Below are positions 9,191-18,711 of a DNA stretch of 64,000 nucleotides, piece by piece (positions within the stretch are counted from its first letter, which is position 1; the number at the start of each line of letters is the position of its first letter). The notes below the pieces were generated by a model, which was not told where the DNA came from, ran no database searches, and was given only the letters and a program-made list of their open reading frames with translations. This stretch comes from Terriglobia bacterium (GTDB lineage: Bacteria; Acidobacteriota; Terriglobia; 20CM-2-55-15). The stretch lies in contig CBDCLE010000002.1 in the NCBI GenBank assembly GCA_965218585.1, positions 416,001-480,000 of the forward strand, in the 5' to 3' direction. Both the position numbers and the translations under genes were made by a program.

Positions 9191-11847
9191 ACTGCCACCC
9201 CACAGCATTTCTTGTATTTCTTGCCGCTTCCACACGGGCAAGGGTCGTTCCGGCCAACCTTGGCGCCGTCCCGTTTGACCGGTTTCTTAGGACCGGTCTT
9301 GCCACCCTGATTGGACGTTACGAATCGTTGTCGCTTTCGGCGCCGCTCCATCTGCTCGGCCTGCTTCTGTTGATCGACGGGTTGGAGAAGGAACAGGAAC
9401 CGGATGGCGTCTTCCTCGATCCGGTCCATCAGTTCTTGAAAAAGCTCGAAAGATTCCTTCTTGTACTCGATGAGAGGATTCCGTTGGCCATACCCACGCA
9501 GTCCGATGCCTTCCTTCAGATGGTCCATGGCCAGCAGATGGTCTTTCCACTGAGAATCTACTATCTGCAGCATGAGCATCCGTTCGTGGAATCGCATTGC
9601 TTCGGGAGTAATGAGCTGTTCCTTTTCGTCGTACTTGCGGTGAGCGATTCCAAGGAGTGCTTCTTCCAGTTCTTCGGAATTCAAATCGTCCGGATTGATG
9701 TCCTCCGCCTTGTAGTCGAATCCGTACTGGCGCAGCATGGCCTGGCGGAGACCATCCAGATCCCATTCTCCCGGATGGATGTCTTCGGATGCGAACTGCG
9801 ACACCAGCGACTCTAGAATTTCGTCCGAGGTAGTACGGATATAGTCCTTCTGGTCGGGGTCTTCGAGCAGCTGCTTGCGCAGGCCGTAGATCGCCTCACG
9901 CTGCTTGTTCATCACGTCGTCATATTCGAGAACGTGTTTGCGCGCTGCGAAGTGTTGGCCTTCCACACGCTTTTGTGCCCCTTCGATCTGTTTGGAAACC
10001 ATCCTGGATTCGATCGGGATGCCCTCGTCCATTCCAAGTTTCTGCATGATTCCCGAAATCCGATCCGCGGCGAAGATGCGCATAAGGTCGTCTTCGAGAG
10101 AAACAAAGAAGCGCGAGGATCCAGGATCTCCCTGGCGGCCGGAGCGTCCACGTAGCTGGTTGTCGATCCGGCGTGCCTCATGGCGTTCGGTTCCGATGAT
10201 GTGGAGTCCACCCAGTTCTACGACCTCTTCATGCTCCGTCTGTATTTTCGGGCGGACCTGATCGAGGGCTTCCTCCATTTGCTCGGGTGTGGCCTCGTCG
10301 GGATTTACGTTCGCTTTTCGCAAAGCATTCCGTGCAAGGAAATCGGGATTGCCGCCCAATAAGATATCCGTTCCGCGGCCCGCCATGTTTGTGGCGATCG
10401 TCACGGCGCCCTTGCGTCCCGCCTGAGCGACGATTTCAGCCTCCTTCGCGTGGTACTTGGCGTTCAGGACGACGTGCTTGATCCCTTTTCGCTTGAGCAT
10501 CGAGCTCAGCTTTTCGGATTTGTCGATGGAGATCGTGCCCACCAGCGTGGGCTGCCCGAGCTCATTGAGCTGCTTGATTTCCTCGGCCACCGCGTTGAAC
10601 TTCTCTCGCTCAGTCCGATAAATGACATCGGAGTACTCGATGCGCCCGAGTTCACGGTTGGTTGGGATGACGAGGACATCGAGGTTGTAGATGTTGCCGA
10701 ATTCCTCGGCTTCGGTTTCCGCCGTTCCAGTCATCCCGGCCAGTTTGTCGTACATCCGGAAATAATTCTGGAACGTGATCGACGCGAGGGTTTGATTTTC
10801 CTGCTGAATCTTCAGTCCTTCTTTTGCTTCCACTGCCTGGTGTAATCCGTCGCTCCACCGGCGTCCCGGCATGAGCCGCCCGGTAAACTCGTCGACGATC
10901 TGGACCTCGCCGTCTTTGACCATGTAGTCGACGTCGCGTTTGAACAGCGTGTGTGCCTTCAGGCTCTGGTTGATGTGGTGGAGGATCTCCATGTTGGCAG
11001 GATCGTAGAGGTTCTCGACGGACATCAACCCCTCGGCGCGTCCTACACCTTCTTCGGTGAGCGTTGCCGTGCGGTGCTCCTCATCGGTCTGGAAATCAAT
11101 GTCCCTACGCAGTCGGGGGATGATCTTGTCGATCTTGTAGTACTTGTCGGTGGCTTCGTCGCTTGGTCCGGAGATGATCAACGGCGTTCGGGCTTCGTCG
11201 ACGAGTATCGAGTCGACTTCGTCAACGACCGCGAAATTGTGATTCCGCTGAACCAGGTGGCCAACATCAAACTTCATGTTGTCGCGCAGGTAGTCGAATC
11301 CGAACTCGTTGTTGGTTCCGTAGGTAATGCCCGCCGCGTAAGCCTCCCGGCGCTCCTTCTCGTCCATTCCGTGCTGAATGACGCCGACTTCGAGGCCAAG
11401 GAATCGGTAGACGCGTCCCATCCAGTCCGCATCCCGGTGAGCCAGATAGTCGTTGACGGTGACGACATGGATGCCTTTACCACCCAGACCATTCAGATAG
11501 GCGGGGAGAGTTGCCACCAGAGTCTTACCTTCACCCGTCTTCATCTCGGCAATGCGGCCGGTGTGAAGCGCGTAGCCCCCGATCAGCTGGACGTCGTAGT
11601 GACGCATGTCCAGAACGCGCTTGCCCGCTTCGCGCCCAACGGCGAAAGCTTCAGGAAGGAGATCGTCCAGAGGTTCACCCTGATCAATTCTTTCCCGGAA
11701 TTCTGATGTTTTAGCCTGGAGTTGCTCGTCGGTCAGACCCGACAGGGAAGGTTCCAGTTCGTTGACGGCGGCAACGAGGGGTTGGATCTTTTTCAGCTCG
11801 CGGTCGTTTCTAGAACCGACGACTTTCTTAACAATACTGTCGAGCAT
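9187..11847 (-). CDS. secA: Preprotein translocase ATPase SecA
   Basis: [54 protein letters not shown]-terminal [22 protein letters not shown]. Confidence 0.99.
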   Translation of the reverse strand: MLDSIVKKVVGSRNDRELKKIQPLVAAVNELEPSLSGLTDEQLQAKTSEFRERIDQGEPLDDLLPEAFAVGREAGKRVLDMRHYDVQLIGGYALHTGRIAEMKTGEGKTLVATLPAYLNGLGGKGIHVVTVNDYLAHRDADWMGRVYRFLGLEVGVIQHGMDEKERREAYAAGITYGTNNEFGFDYLRDNMKFDVGHLVQRNHNFAVVDEVDSILVDEARTPLIISGPSDEATDKYYKIDKIIPRLRRDIDFQTDEEHRTATLTEEGVGRAEGLMSVENLYDPANMEILHHINQSLKAHTLFKRDVDYMVKDGEVQIVDEFTGRLMPGRRWSDGLHQAVEAKEGLKIQQENQTLASITFQNYFRMYDKLAGMTGTAETEAEEFGNIYNLDVLVIPTNRELGRIEYSDVIYRTEREKFNAVAEEIKQLNELGQPTLVGTISIDKSEKLSSMLKRKGIKHVVLNAKYHAKEAEIVAQAGRKGAVTIATNMAGRGTDILLGGNPDFLARNALRKANVNPDEATPEQMEEALDQVRPKIQTEHEEVVELGGLHIIGTERHEARRIDNQLRGRSGRQGDPGSSRFFVSLEDDLMRIFAADRISGIMQKLGMDEGIPIESRMVSKQIEGAQKRVEGQHFAARKHVLEYDDVMNKQREAIYGLRKQLLEDPDQKDYIRTTSDEILESLVSQFASEDIHPGEWDLDGLRQAMLRQYGFDYKAEDINPDDLNSEELEEALLGIAHRKYDEKEQLITPEAMRFHERMLMLQIVDSQWKDHLLAMDHLKEGIGLRGYGQRNPLIEYKKESFELFQELMDRIEEDAIRFLFLLQPVDQQKQAEQMERRRKRQRFVTSNQGGKTGPKKPVKRDGAKVGRNDPCPCGSGKKYKKCCGVAV

Positions 11848-12189
11848 CCTTAAGGATAGCCTGAATCGAAATCGTAGGGTAGAGGGGGAACGAACTAAAC
11901 GGGGAGATATCCTGAAAAATTCGTTAGAGGAAGCGATCTGTTGACCACGTGGTCCGACTCATGTGGGCGGTTGATGGAGACGAAGACTTGCAGCCCTCGC
12001 TCAAGCGGTCATCCTGACCGAGCGAGGTTCGCCGCACGCAGTCTCCCGACTGCGCGCCCGTTTGCTTACCTAATACTGTCGTCCTCTTCTATAGGACCCG
12101 CACGGTTCGTCCGTGCGGGTAATCAACGAGGCGGAGCCGAGGCGATAGTGTAAGGAGATGACGGATCAATGCGAAAGGCCAGGAACGGA

Positions 12190-13107
12190 CTAGTCCGCGA
12201 TCGCGGACGTTGCAACCGGCAGATAGTTTCGGGGATTGAGCGGCCGGTCGTTCAGGCGGACCTCATAGTGGAGATGGGGTCCTGTACTGCGGCCCGAGTT
12301 GCCAACATATCCGATTACATTGCCCTTTAACACTTTCTCGCCGACCCCGGCCTCGAAGCGGGAAAGGTGGCCGAAGCGTGTCGTGACCCCTCCACCGTGA
12401 TCGACGACGACCAGGTTGCCGTAAAGGGCCTGACGGCCTACGTAGATGATTTCTCCATCTGCCGGCGTACGGACGACGGTTCCATAGAGTGCACCGATGT
12501 CCAGCGCCCGGTGTTGTTCAGTGGCTCCCGTAAACGGATCGCGTCGCCGGCCATATGAACTTCGGATCGGTCCAGTGACCGGCCACATGGAAGGTGTCGA
12601 CAGGAGTTTGCCCGCCCGCAATTCCGCGACCTGTTCGACGAAACGGAACTGGTCTTCCAGGTCCAAGGTCCGATCACGAGCGACGTCGATGCTGTCGCGC
12701 GGGGTGAGGCTGGCAATCATGGCTGCCGTGGGGTAGTCTTCCAGCGTTCCTCCGATACCGCCACCTTCGAGCAGCCCGAACCGTTGGTTCCAGGTATCGG
12801 TCAGCATCATCTCCTGGATCCGGACGGACAGATCTTCCAGTCTCTCAATCTTTGTATTGAGCTGACGGGTCGCGACCTCGAAGTTCTTGTTTTCTACTTT
12901 GAGTTCCGTGTTTTCGGTACGAAGCTGGTTGTAGTCGGCAGTCTGGAGTGCCATTCGCGCGTAGTTGAATCCCAGACCTACGATGACGAAGAAGCCGACC
13001 AACAGAATCAGGGAAACCGTGTAAAGTGCGGCCAGAGGAATGCGGAGTTTGTGAAGCCCCGAACTGGCGTTCGGGACGATTATTAACGTATAAGAATTCT
13101 TGCCCAT
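12190..13107 (-). CDS. M23-family peptidoglycan endopeptidase with TM and coiled coil
   Basis: HRALDI (HxxxD) and GRSTGPHLHYEV motifs; N-terminal TM segment and coiled coil. Confidence 0.92.
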   Translation of the reverse strand: MGKNSYTLIIVPNASSGLHKLRIPLAALYTVSLILLVGFFVIVGLGFNYARMALQTADYNQLRTENTELKVENKNFEVATRQLNTKIERLEDLSVRIQEMMLTDTWNQRFGLLEGGGIGGTLEDYPTAAMIASLTPRDSIDVARDRTLDLEDQFRFVEQVAELRAGKLLSTPSMWPVTGPIRSSYGRRRDPFTGATEQHRALDIGALYGTVVRTPADGEIIYVGRQALYGNLVVVDHGGGVTTRFGHLSRFEAGVGEKVLKGNVIGYVGNSGRSTGPHLHYEVRLNDRPLNPRNYLPVATSAIAD

Positions 13108-13179
13108 CGGCACCTTGATCAGCCCTGGAGAGCGCAGCTATAGAATTGGAACTTCCGAGGCGCTGTCTATTTCTATGAT

Positions 13180-13192
13180 TTTCAATAACTTA
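13180..13192 (+). promoter_or_regulatory. Possible IHF-type site in divergent promoter region
   Basis: TTTCAATAACTTA has one mismatch to WATCAANNNNTTR and lies in an AT-rich divergent intergenic region. Confidence 0.3.
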
Positions 13193-13218
13193 TCCGCAAG
13201 AAAGGCGAATTGTAGCAA

Positions 13219-14253
13219 ATGGCCAAAGGCAGGGTCAAGTTAAAATTTATCAAGCGTTTGTCTCTTGGCATGGCTCTGCTGGCTGGCGTCTCCTTGATTC
13301 TCTCCCTCCTGGGCTGGATTCCGGGGGGTCTGGTTGAGAGTCTTTACGCCAGAAGGGTTTATCCGCTTGCATCTTCTTTGATGAGCATCCTTGCTCCTCC
13401 CGTAGCGATTTCCTGGATCGACATCCTTTTGCCCGCTTCGTTGTTTGGTGTCATCTATCTCGCCTGGCGGCGGAAATTCCTCGAGATATTGGGCCTGATC
13501 TCGTTTGGATACCTGATTTTCTTCTGGACCTGGGGGCTGAACTACCACAGGCCACCATTGGCGACGAAGCTGGACTTCAGTACAGACCGCATCGACGCTG
13601 AATCGGTGGCGGCCCTGACCCAGGAGACCGCAGCCGCTCTGAATGCTCTGTACCCGGAACGAACCACGGTGTTTTTCAATGATTCGGGTCTGGCCGCTGA
13701 GGCAGACCGGCGTGTGAGGGCAGTTGTCGCGGAGTTGGATGGCACTTCCTGGTCGGTGGGTTCACGCATGAAGTCTTCTCGGGTACTCAATCCGTTTTTT
13801 CGCGCGGCCGGCGTCGACGGGATGTTCAACCCGTTCGGGCACGAGGCAATTGTCACGCGGGGCCTGCTGCCCTTCGAGATGCCCATGATCGTCTCGCACG
13901 AAGTGGCGCACGTCCGTGGTTACCCCGACGAAGGTGATGCGAACTTCGTCGCCCTGATGGCGGCCCTGCACTCGTCGAATCCCGCGTTTCGGTACAGTGG
14001 CTGGCTGACCTTGTGGCTCTACCTCAGGACGTCCGAATTGGACGTGCTGCTCGATGAGGGCCCCAGCAGTGACGTCGAAGCCGTGTACGCCCGGGTCGCC
14101 GACGGACGCATCGAATGGGTCGGTCGGACGCAGACGAGGAGTCTGGATTTGTTCCTGAGGGCCAACCAGGTCGAGGGCGGCATCCGAAGCTATGCCGAGA
14201 TCATCAATCTTGCGGTTGGAACCCGCCCCTTCTGGGACCGCTTTGCAGAATGA
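13219..14253 (+). CDS. DUF3810-like membrane protein (putative zinc metallopeptidase)
   Basis: TM helices, WGLNYHR, GMFNPFGHEA, HEVAH..GYPDEGDANF. Confidence 0.85.
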   Translation: MAKGRVKLKFIKRLSLGMALLAGVSLILSLLGWIPGGLVESLYARRVYPLASSLMSILAPPVAISWIDILLPASLFGVIYLAWRRKFLEILGLISFGYLIFFWTWGLNYHRPPLATKLDFSTDRIDAESVAALTQETAAALNALYPERTTVFFNDSGLAAEADRRVRAVVAELDGTSWSVGSRMKSSRVLNPFFRAAGVDGMFNPFGHEAIVTRGLLPFEMPMIVSHEVAHVRGYPDEGDANFVALMAALHSSNPAFRYSGWLTLWLYLRTSELDVLLDEGPSSDVEAVYARVADGRIEWVGRTQTRSLDLFLRANQVEGGIRSYAEIINLAVGTRPFWDRFAE

Positions 14254-14289
14254 GGGCTGCTCGCTCGGGGCTGGCAGCTGGCGGTTTCA

Positions 14290-16053
14290 TCACCAGAATC
14301 GTCGTTCGACGTAACCGTAAAAGTTGTTTTCTTTCCCGTTCGTGTTTCGTCCGTACAGGACGGTGAACGAAGCGGTCGGTGTCTCGAAGCGGAGTCCGGC
14401 GCCGACATCGTTGAGCCATTCTCCCTGACGGAAAATCCGTTGACGGTCGAACGTTTTCGCGGAATCGAAGAACCCCATGGCTTTGACTTCGATGAAGGGA
14501 ATACTCAGCGTATTAAACAGCGGGATCGTGACCAACCGATGCTCGATATCCGTGTTGAGAAGAACGAAGTCTGTGCCCATCGGAGCTCTTCCGTAGCGCC
14601 CGCTGTCGGCCGCTATATGGCCCCTGAGGCGGTGGTCGGTCAGACTCGTCAACCCCAAAAGGAAATAGTGATCCACAGGGATGTCCCCCCGGGACGTACC
14701 GCCGGTCACCGACCAGTCGAAGACCGTGCGTGCGTCTTTGGTGATGTGAAAACGGTTCGCAATCTCGATCGTTCCACCGCTGAAGTCGAAATCGCCGATC
14801 AAAGACTCGCGTGCGAGAAATCCGTTGACCTTCAGTCGGTTGTTGTATCGGCCTTCCAGCGTCGTGAGTACCATCCCGAAATCGAGCGTTCCAGAATTTC
14901 TCTCGTCCATCCCTAACGCGGCGATGCTTCCCACAGCGTCGCGGTTCCTGTATTCGAAGCCGACGTCTATTTCGACCTGATGAACGGGTGTCAGCTTGAG
15001 AACTGCTTCCACACTGTTGACCTTATAGTGGAACTCAGCCTCGGACCCGAAAACGTCCCGAATCGACGGAGACAGGTTCCATCGTTCCGACCGCCAAGTG
15101 TCCCGAAATTCGACAACAGGCAGCGAGGACAAGGGGAGGGGAACGATCAGTTCGCCCCGAAGCCTTCGGCGGTCCTCATCCCACCGAAAACTGGATCTCC
15201 AGCTGATTCCGGAAAAACCGATATCCCAGATGTCCAGGTAGGTCGTTTCTACCGGCAACCCGCGGACAAGATCGATCAGGATTTCCGTCGGTGTGTTGGT
15301 CCGGTTGGATGTTCGGACTATCGCGTTATAAAGGTCTTCTCCTCCTGAGGGTTCGACGTCGAGTCCGACGTTGGAAAATAGTCGGCTCCTGAACAGGCGT
15401 GACTGGGTCGTTTTCCATTCTTCGTACGTGAGCGTGTCCCCGGACCCGAACGTCAATGCCTGTGGGACCGCCCAATGGATAAAGCCGGGAGAGAAATTTT
15501 CAAACACGTCGTCGATCTGAGGTCTGCCGACCCGGTTCCAGATCGCCAGCGCCTCCTCCACATCGCCTTCAGAAAGGCGAATTGAAGCCAGTAGATCAGA
15601 AGCGTATGCATCGTCGGGATCGATGGCGAGGGCGCGATTGAGAGCCGCTACAGCAGCTTCAACGTCGCTATCGGCTAGATAAACTCCGGCTGTTTCATTG
15701 TGAAATCGTGTGTTGGCCGGATAGAGCCGGGCAGCCTGTTCAAAAAGTTCGAGAGCGCGATCGTATTGGGTAAGGTTGGCATGTGCCAGGCCCAGATACA
15801 GATAGGCATCCGGTGTGGGATTCTCCTCGACAACGGGCGTCAGGATTTCTATGGCTTCGAGGTGTTCTTCGTTAGCAATCGCTTCGCGTGCTTCTTCGAC
15901 CTGAGAGAAAGCCGTTTGTCCCATCAGCATGAGGCATACCAGGAGACCGGCACTCATCTGCGGGGCTACCCGCAATCTTCCAACGAAGCCGTTCTCCTGT
16001 GCCGGGGACCAGGCGCCGGCCGGGCGACGTCCATTGCTGCTGTCCTTATTCAT
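14290..16053 (-). CDS. TPR-containing outer-membrane beta-barrel protein (Omp85/BamA-like)
   Basis: N-terminal TPR helices, POTRA-like segment (RLFRSRLFSNVGL), amphipathic strands, DVGAGLRF, aromatic C-terminus (YGYVERRFW). Confidence 0.6.
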   Translation of the reverse strand: MNKDSSNGRRPAGAWSPAQENGFVGRLRVAPQMSAGLLVCLMLMGQTAFSQVEEAREAIANEEHLEAIEILTPVVEENPTPDAYLYLGLAHANLTQYDRALELFEQAARLYPANTRFHNETAGVYLADSDVEAAVAALNRALAIDPDDAYASDLLASIRLSEGDVEEALAIWNRVGRPQIDDVFENFSPGFIHWAVPQALTFGSGDTLTYEEWKTTQSRLFRSRLFSNVGLDVEPSGGEDLYNAIVRTSNRTNTPTEILIDLVRGLPVETTYLDIWDIGFSGISWRSSFRWDEDRRRLRGELIVPLPLSSLPVVEFRDTWRSERWNLSPSIRDVFGSEAEFHYKVNSVEAVLKLTPVHQVEIDVGFEYRNRDAVGSIAALGMDERNSGTLDFGMVLTTLEGRYNNRLKVNGFLARESLIGDFDFSGGTIEIANRFHITKDARTVFDWSVTGGTSRGDIPVDHYFLLGLTSLTDHRLRGHIAADSGRYGRAPMGTDFVLLNTDIEHRLVTIPLFNTLSIPFIEVKAMGFFDSAKTFDRQRIFRQGEWLNDVGAGLRFETPTASFTVLYGRNTNGKENNFYGYVERRFW

Positions 16054-16060
16054 GCGAATG

Positions 16061-16068
16061 ATTATAAT
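16061..16068. promoter_or_regulatory. Palindromic bidirectional -10 element (ATTATAAT)
   Basis: TATAAT on + at 16063-16068 lies 6 nt before ATG 16075; TATAAT on - at 16061-16066 lies 7 nt before ATG 16053. Confidence 0.65.
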
Positions 16069-16074
16069 TTCTCG

Positions 16075-16614
16075 ATGAAGTACTTCTCGTGTTTTCTTCT
16101 CATGCTGGCTTCAGTGACTCCTCTCCACGCGGGTGACTTCACTCTTTTCGGTGGATTCAATCGTCCGGGCCAGATAACGCTGGGACAGAGCTCGACCGCA
16201 GTCTCGGGTACGACAGGGCAACTCCTGACGGACGCCAAAGACTTCGGTGTTTTCGGCGCACGCCTCTACCGGTCCAATGCACCTGTCGGGTTCGAACATA
16301 CCCTGGCTTTCAGTCCGAACTTCGTGGACAGTCGGGCAAGCGCTGTGATCTACAACACCAACCTGCGGGTTCACCTTCCGGCCGCCACCGTTCGACCTTA
16401 CGGGACGGTTGGAATCGGCCTGGTTCGGGCGGGCGGGAGCGGCCCTGCTTCTTTCGGCACCAAGTTCAGCATCAACTACGGTGTGGGTGTGATGGCATCC
16501 GTTTTCGGACCAGTGGGTGTCCGTGTGGATGTCCGGGGGTATTCGATCCGGGGCGTGGAGGATCAGACGCTCAGTGTCCTGGAGTCGAGTGTTGGTCTGG
16601 TCTTCGCTTTCTAG
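16075..16614 (+). CDS. Outer-membrane beta-barrel protein (OmpA/OmpW-like small barrel)
   Basis: Signal peptide MKYFSCFLLMLASVTPLHA; RPYGTVGIG, NYGVGV, GVRVDVRGY strands; terminal GLVFAF. The upstream part of the 304-aa ORF overlaps the opposite gene and is discarded. Confidence 0.85.
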   Translation: MKYFSCFLLMLASVTPLHAGDFTLFGGFNRPGQITLGQSSTAVSGTTGQLLTDAKDFGVFGARLYRSNAPVGFEHTLAFSPNFVDSRASAVIYNTNLRVHLPAATVRPYGTVGIGLVRAGGSGPASFGTKFSINYGVGVMASVFGPVGVRVDVRGYSIRGVEDQTLSVLESSVGLVFAF

Positions 16615-16623
16615 GTTCGCATC

Positions 16624-17817
16624 ATGATGAGAGGCTCCTCCTTCAAATGGCTTGCTGCCCTCGCTCTGACGGCTTCCATGTCGGTCGGGGCGTTGTCTCC
16701 CCTACGCATCGAAACGACCGTTCGGTGGCTGTCCGATTCCATGCGGGAAGGGCGGGCCTCAGCCAGCGATGGAGCGGATGCAACCGGAGACTACCTTCTG
16801 GAGCAGTTTCTCGAAATGGGCCTTGAGGCCGAGTTCCAGAATATCGATTTGGAGAGGCGAAACGTTGTTGGACGGCTGGGTACCTCCCTGCGGCATATCG
16901 TCATCGGCGCACATTACGACGGGCAGGGAAGAGGGTTTCCTTCCGCAAGCGACAACGCGGCCGGCGTGGCGGTGATGTTGGAACTGGCGCGCGAGCTGGC
17001 GGACGCGGAGTTGGGCGCGTCTTTGTTATTTGTCGCCTTCGATGACGAAGAGCGAGGACTCAACGGATCCCGGCACTATGTCGCCAACCCGATTCTGCCG
17101 CTGGACGATGCGCTTGGCGTCATCATCATGGACACGATGGGCCGCAGCTTCATCGATCTGGAGCGCTGGACTCTGATCGTTCTCGGCGCAGAGTTCGCAC
17201 CTCGGCTGGGAGAGATCGTCGGTTCCCACGGCGGGGAAGAGCTCACGCTCCTCGGCACCGATCTGGTGGGACCGCGAAGTGATTTTGCACCCTTTGCTGC
17301 TGCCGGGGTGCCCTACCTGTTTTTCTCGAACGCGACCCACGCCGACTACCACGGCCGGGGCGATACGCCCGATCGATTGAACTATTCGCGCCTGGACTCT
17401 GATGGCGAGACGATCCGGCAGGTCGTACTGGACATCGCGAGGCTCGATACGCGCCCGGAGTACCTGGCGTCACCCATATATCCGGAGAACGAAGCGTCTC
17501 GGCTCGTTCAGTTGATGGGGACAATCGAGATCGAGCGGAGTGAGGTGGCCGCTCGGTACGGGGTATTGTTTGATGACCTGAGAGAGCGGTTGATGGATCA
17601 GCCGACGCGCCAGGAATTGCGGTTGGCCACCTCGGTCCTGTTGGCCGTTGCAACCCCAAGTGTGTCTTCGTTCTCGTTATCGTCTCTGATCGGACCCTTC
17701 TATGAGGCGGAGGGGAAGTCCGATCAGGCCTTGGCTGCCTACAGGGAAGCTCTTCGTTCGACAAGCAACCCCTTCGCACGGGGAACGTTGGAAGACAAGA
17801 TCCGATCCCTGGATTGA
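16624..17817 (+). CDS. M28-family secreted peptidase
   Basis: IGAHYDG, SASDNAAG, FDDEERGLNGS, RSDFAPF, DYHGRGDT motifs. Confidence 0.88.
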   Translation: MMRGSSFKWLAALALTASMSVGALSPLRIETTVRWLSDSMREGRASASDGADATGDYLLEQFLEMGLEAEFQNIDLERRNVVGRLGTSLRHIVIGAHYDGQGRGFPSASDNAAGVAVMLELARELADAELGASLLFVAFDDEERGLNGSRHYVANPILPLDDALGVIIMDTMGRSFIDLERWTLIVLGAEFAPRLGEIVGSHGGEELTLLGTDLVGPRSDFAPFAAAGVPYLFFSNATHADYHGRGDTPDRLNYSRLDSDGETIRQVVLDIARLDTRPEYLASPIYPENEASRLVQLMGTIEIERSEVAARYGVLFDDLRERLMDQPTRQELRLATSVLLAVATPSVSSFSLSSLIGPFYEAEGKSDQALAAYREALRSTSNPFARGTLEDKIRSLD

Positions 17818-17972
17818 GACCTTCACGCAAATTTTGCGCAGTTAACAGGCCCATCCGCGGTTCTGCCTGCCCATAAAATGGGCCAAATCGAGCCCATTAC
17901 TCCCGAGTTTCTCCACGAAAAAGTAATTTTTTATGTTTGTAAAGCATTGAAATAATTATATGTTTGTAAATG

Positions 17973-18014
17973 TCAAGCGAATTTTCAATCATTCGCTTGA
18001 ATTACTTGTTTGAA
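17973..18014. promoter_or_regulatory. Putative TetR operator array
   Basis: 10-bp inverted repeat TCAAGCGAAT (17973-17982) / ATTCGCTTGA (17991-18000), plus overlapping imperfect palindromes TTCAATCATTCGCTTGAA and TTGAATTACTTGTTTGAA, immediately upstream of tetR. Confidence 0.6.
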
Positions 18015-18036
18015 TTCTGCTACGTTCATAACTGTT

Positions 18037-18711
18037 ATGGCTGATACCAAAGAACAGATTCTCGCCGCCGCCGAATCGCTGTTCGCCGAGCACGGTATTG
18101 AGGCAGTACCGCTGAGACGAATCATCGCGGAAGCGGGCGTCAACTCCGCTGCGATCCACTACCACTTCGGTTCGAAAGAAGAACTCGTTCGTGCAGTCTT
18201 CGCTCGTCGGTTCGACCCGATCAACCGGGCTCGGCTGGATCTGCTGACCGCGGCTGAAGAGAAAGCGGTCGACGGACGCCCGTCGGTCGAGGACGTCCTC
18301 TACGCGATGGTCGCACCACCGTTTCAATCAGAGCCGAGAGAAAAGGGGTGCGCACAGTACAGTCGTCTTGCCGGTCGTCTTTTCACAGAGCGTTCCGGTT
18401 ATCTGGAGGCCATATTCAACGACCTCTTCAGGGAAGTGGAATTGCGTTTTAACGAAACCATCACGAAAGCACTACCAGAATTTCCCGACGACGAGAGAGC
18501 CTGGCGCATGTTCATGGCCATGGGTTCGATGATTTTTGTGCTGAGAGAGCAGGAGTGGATCTGTAAGGCAAGTAATGGCTTGTGCGATTTCAAAGACACG
18601 GGCAAGGCCATCGAACGAGTTGTTCAATTTATGGCAGCTGGACTCAGAGCACCGATTCGGGATGCCGAAGGCGTTGACGACTTTGTTCCCGTAGAGAGGA
18701 GTTCTCGATGA
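18037..18711 (+). CDS. TetR/AcrR-family regulator (PsrA-like)
   Basis: TKEQILAAAESLFAEHG...AGVNSAAIHYHFGSKEEL HTH; INRARLDLL segment resembles PsrA-type TetRs. Confidence 0.93.
   Translation: MADTKEQILAAAESLFAEHGIEAVPLRRIIAEAGVNSAAIHYHFGSKEELVRAVFARRFDPINRARLDLLTAAEEKAVDGRPSVEDVLYAMVAPPFQSEPREKGCAQYSRLAGRLFTERSGYLEAIFNDLFREVELRFNETITKALPEFPDDERAWRMFMAMGSMIFVLREQEWICKASNGLCDFKDTGKAIERVVQFMAAGLRAPIRDAEGVDDFVPVERSSR

Noticed and set aside
11858-11940. CTGAATC...AGAGGGGGAAC...GGGGAGATATCC, resembling the 5' half of a c-di-AMP (ydaO) riboswitch
   Set aside because: It lacks the 3' conserved CCCG..CCGTCAGCTAAC block, is antisense to secA and has no downstream + strand gene.
11926-11961. 12-codon minus-strand ORF ([12 protein letters not shown]) as a SecM-like leader peptide
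   Set aside because: No signal sequence, arrest motif or SD; expected by chance.
12096-12120. Hairpin with an ACGAA loop, resembling guanidine-II
   Set aside because: Only one hairpin with a 5-nt loop; guanidine-II needs two ACGR tetraloop hairpins and an SMR/SugE-type context.
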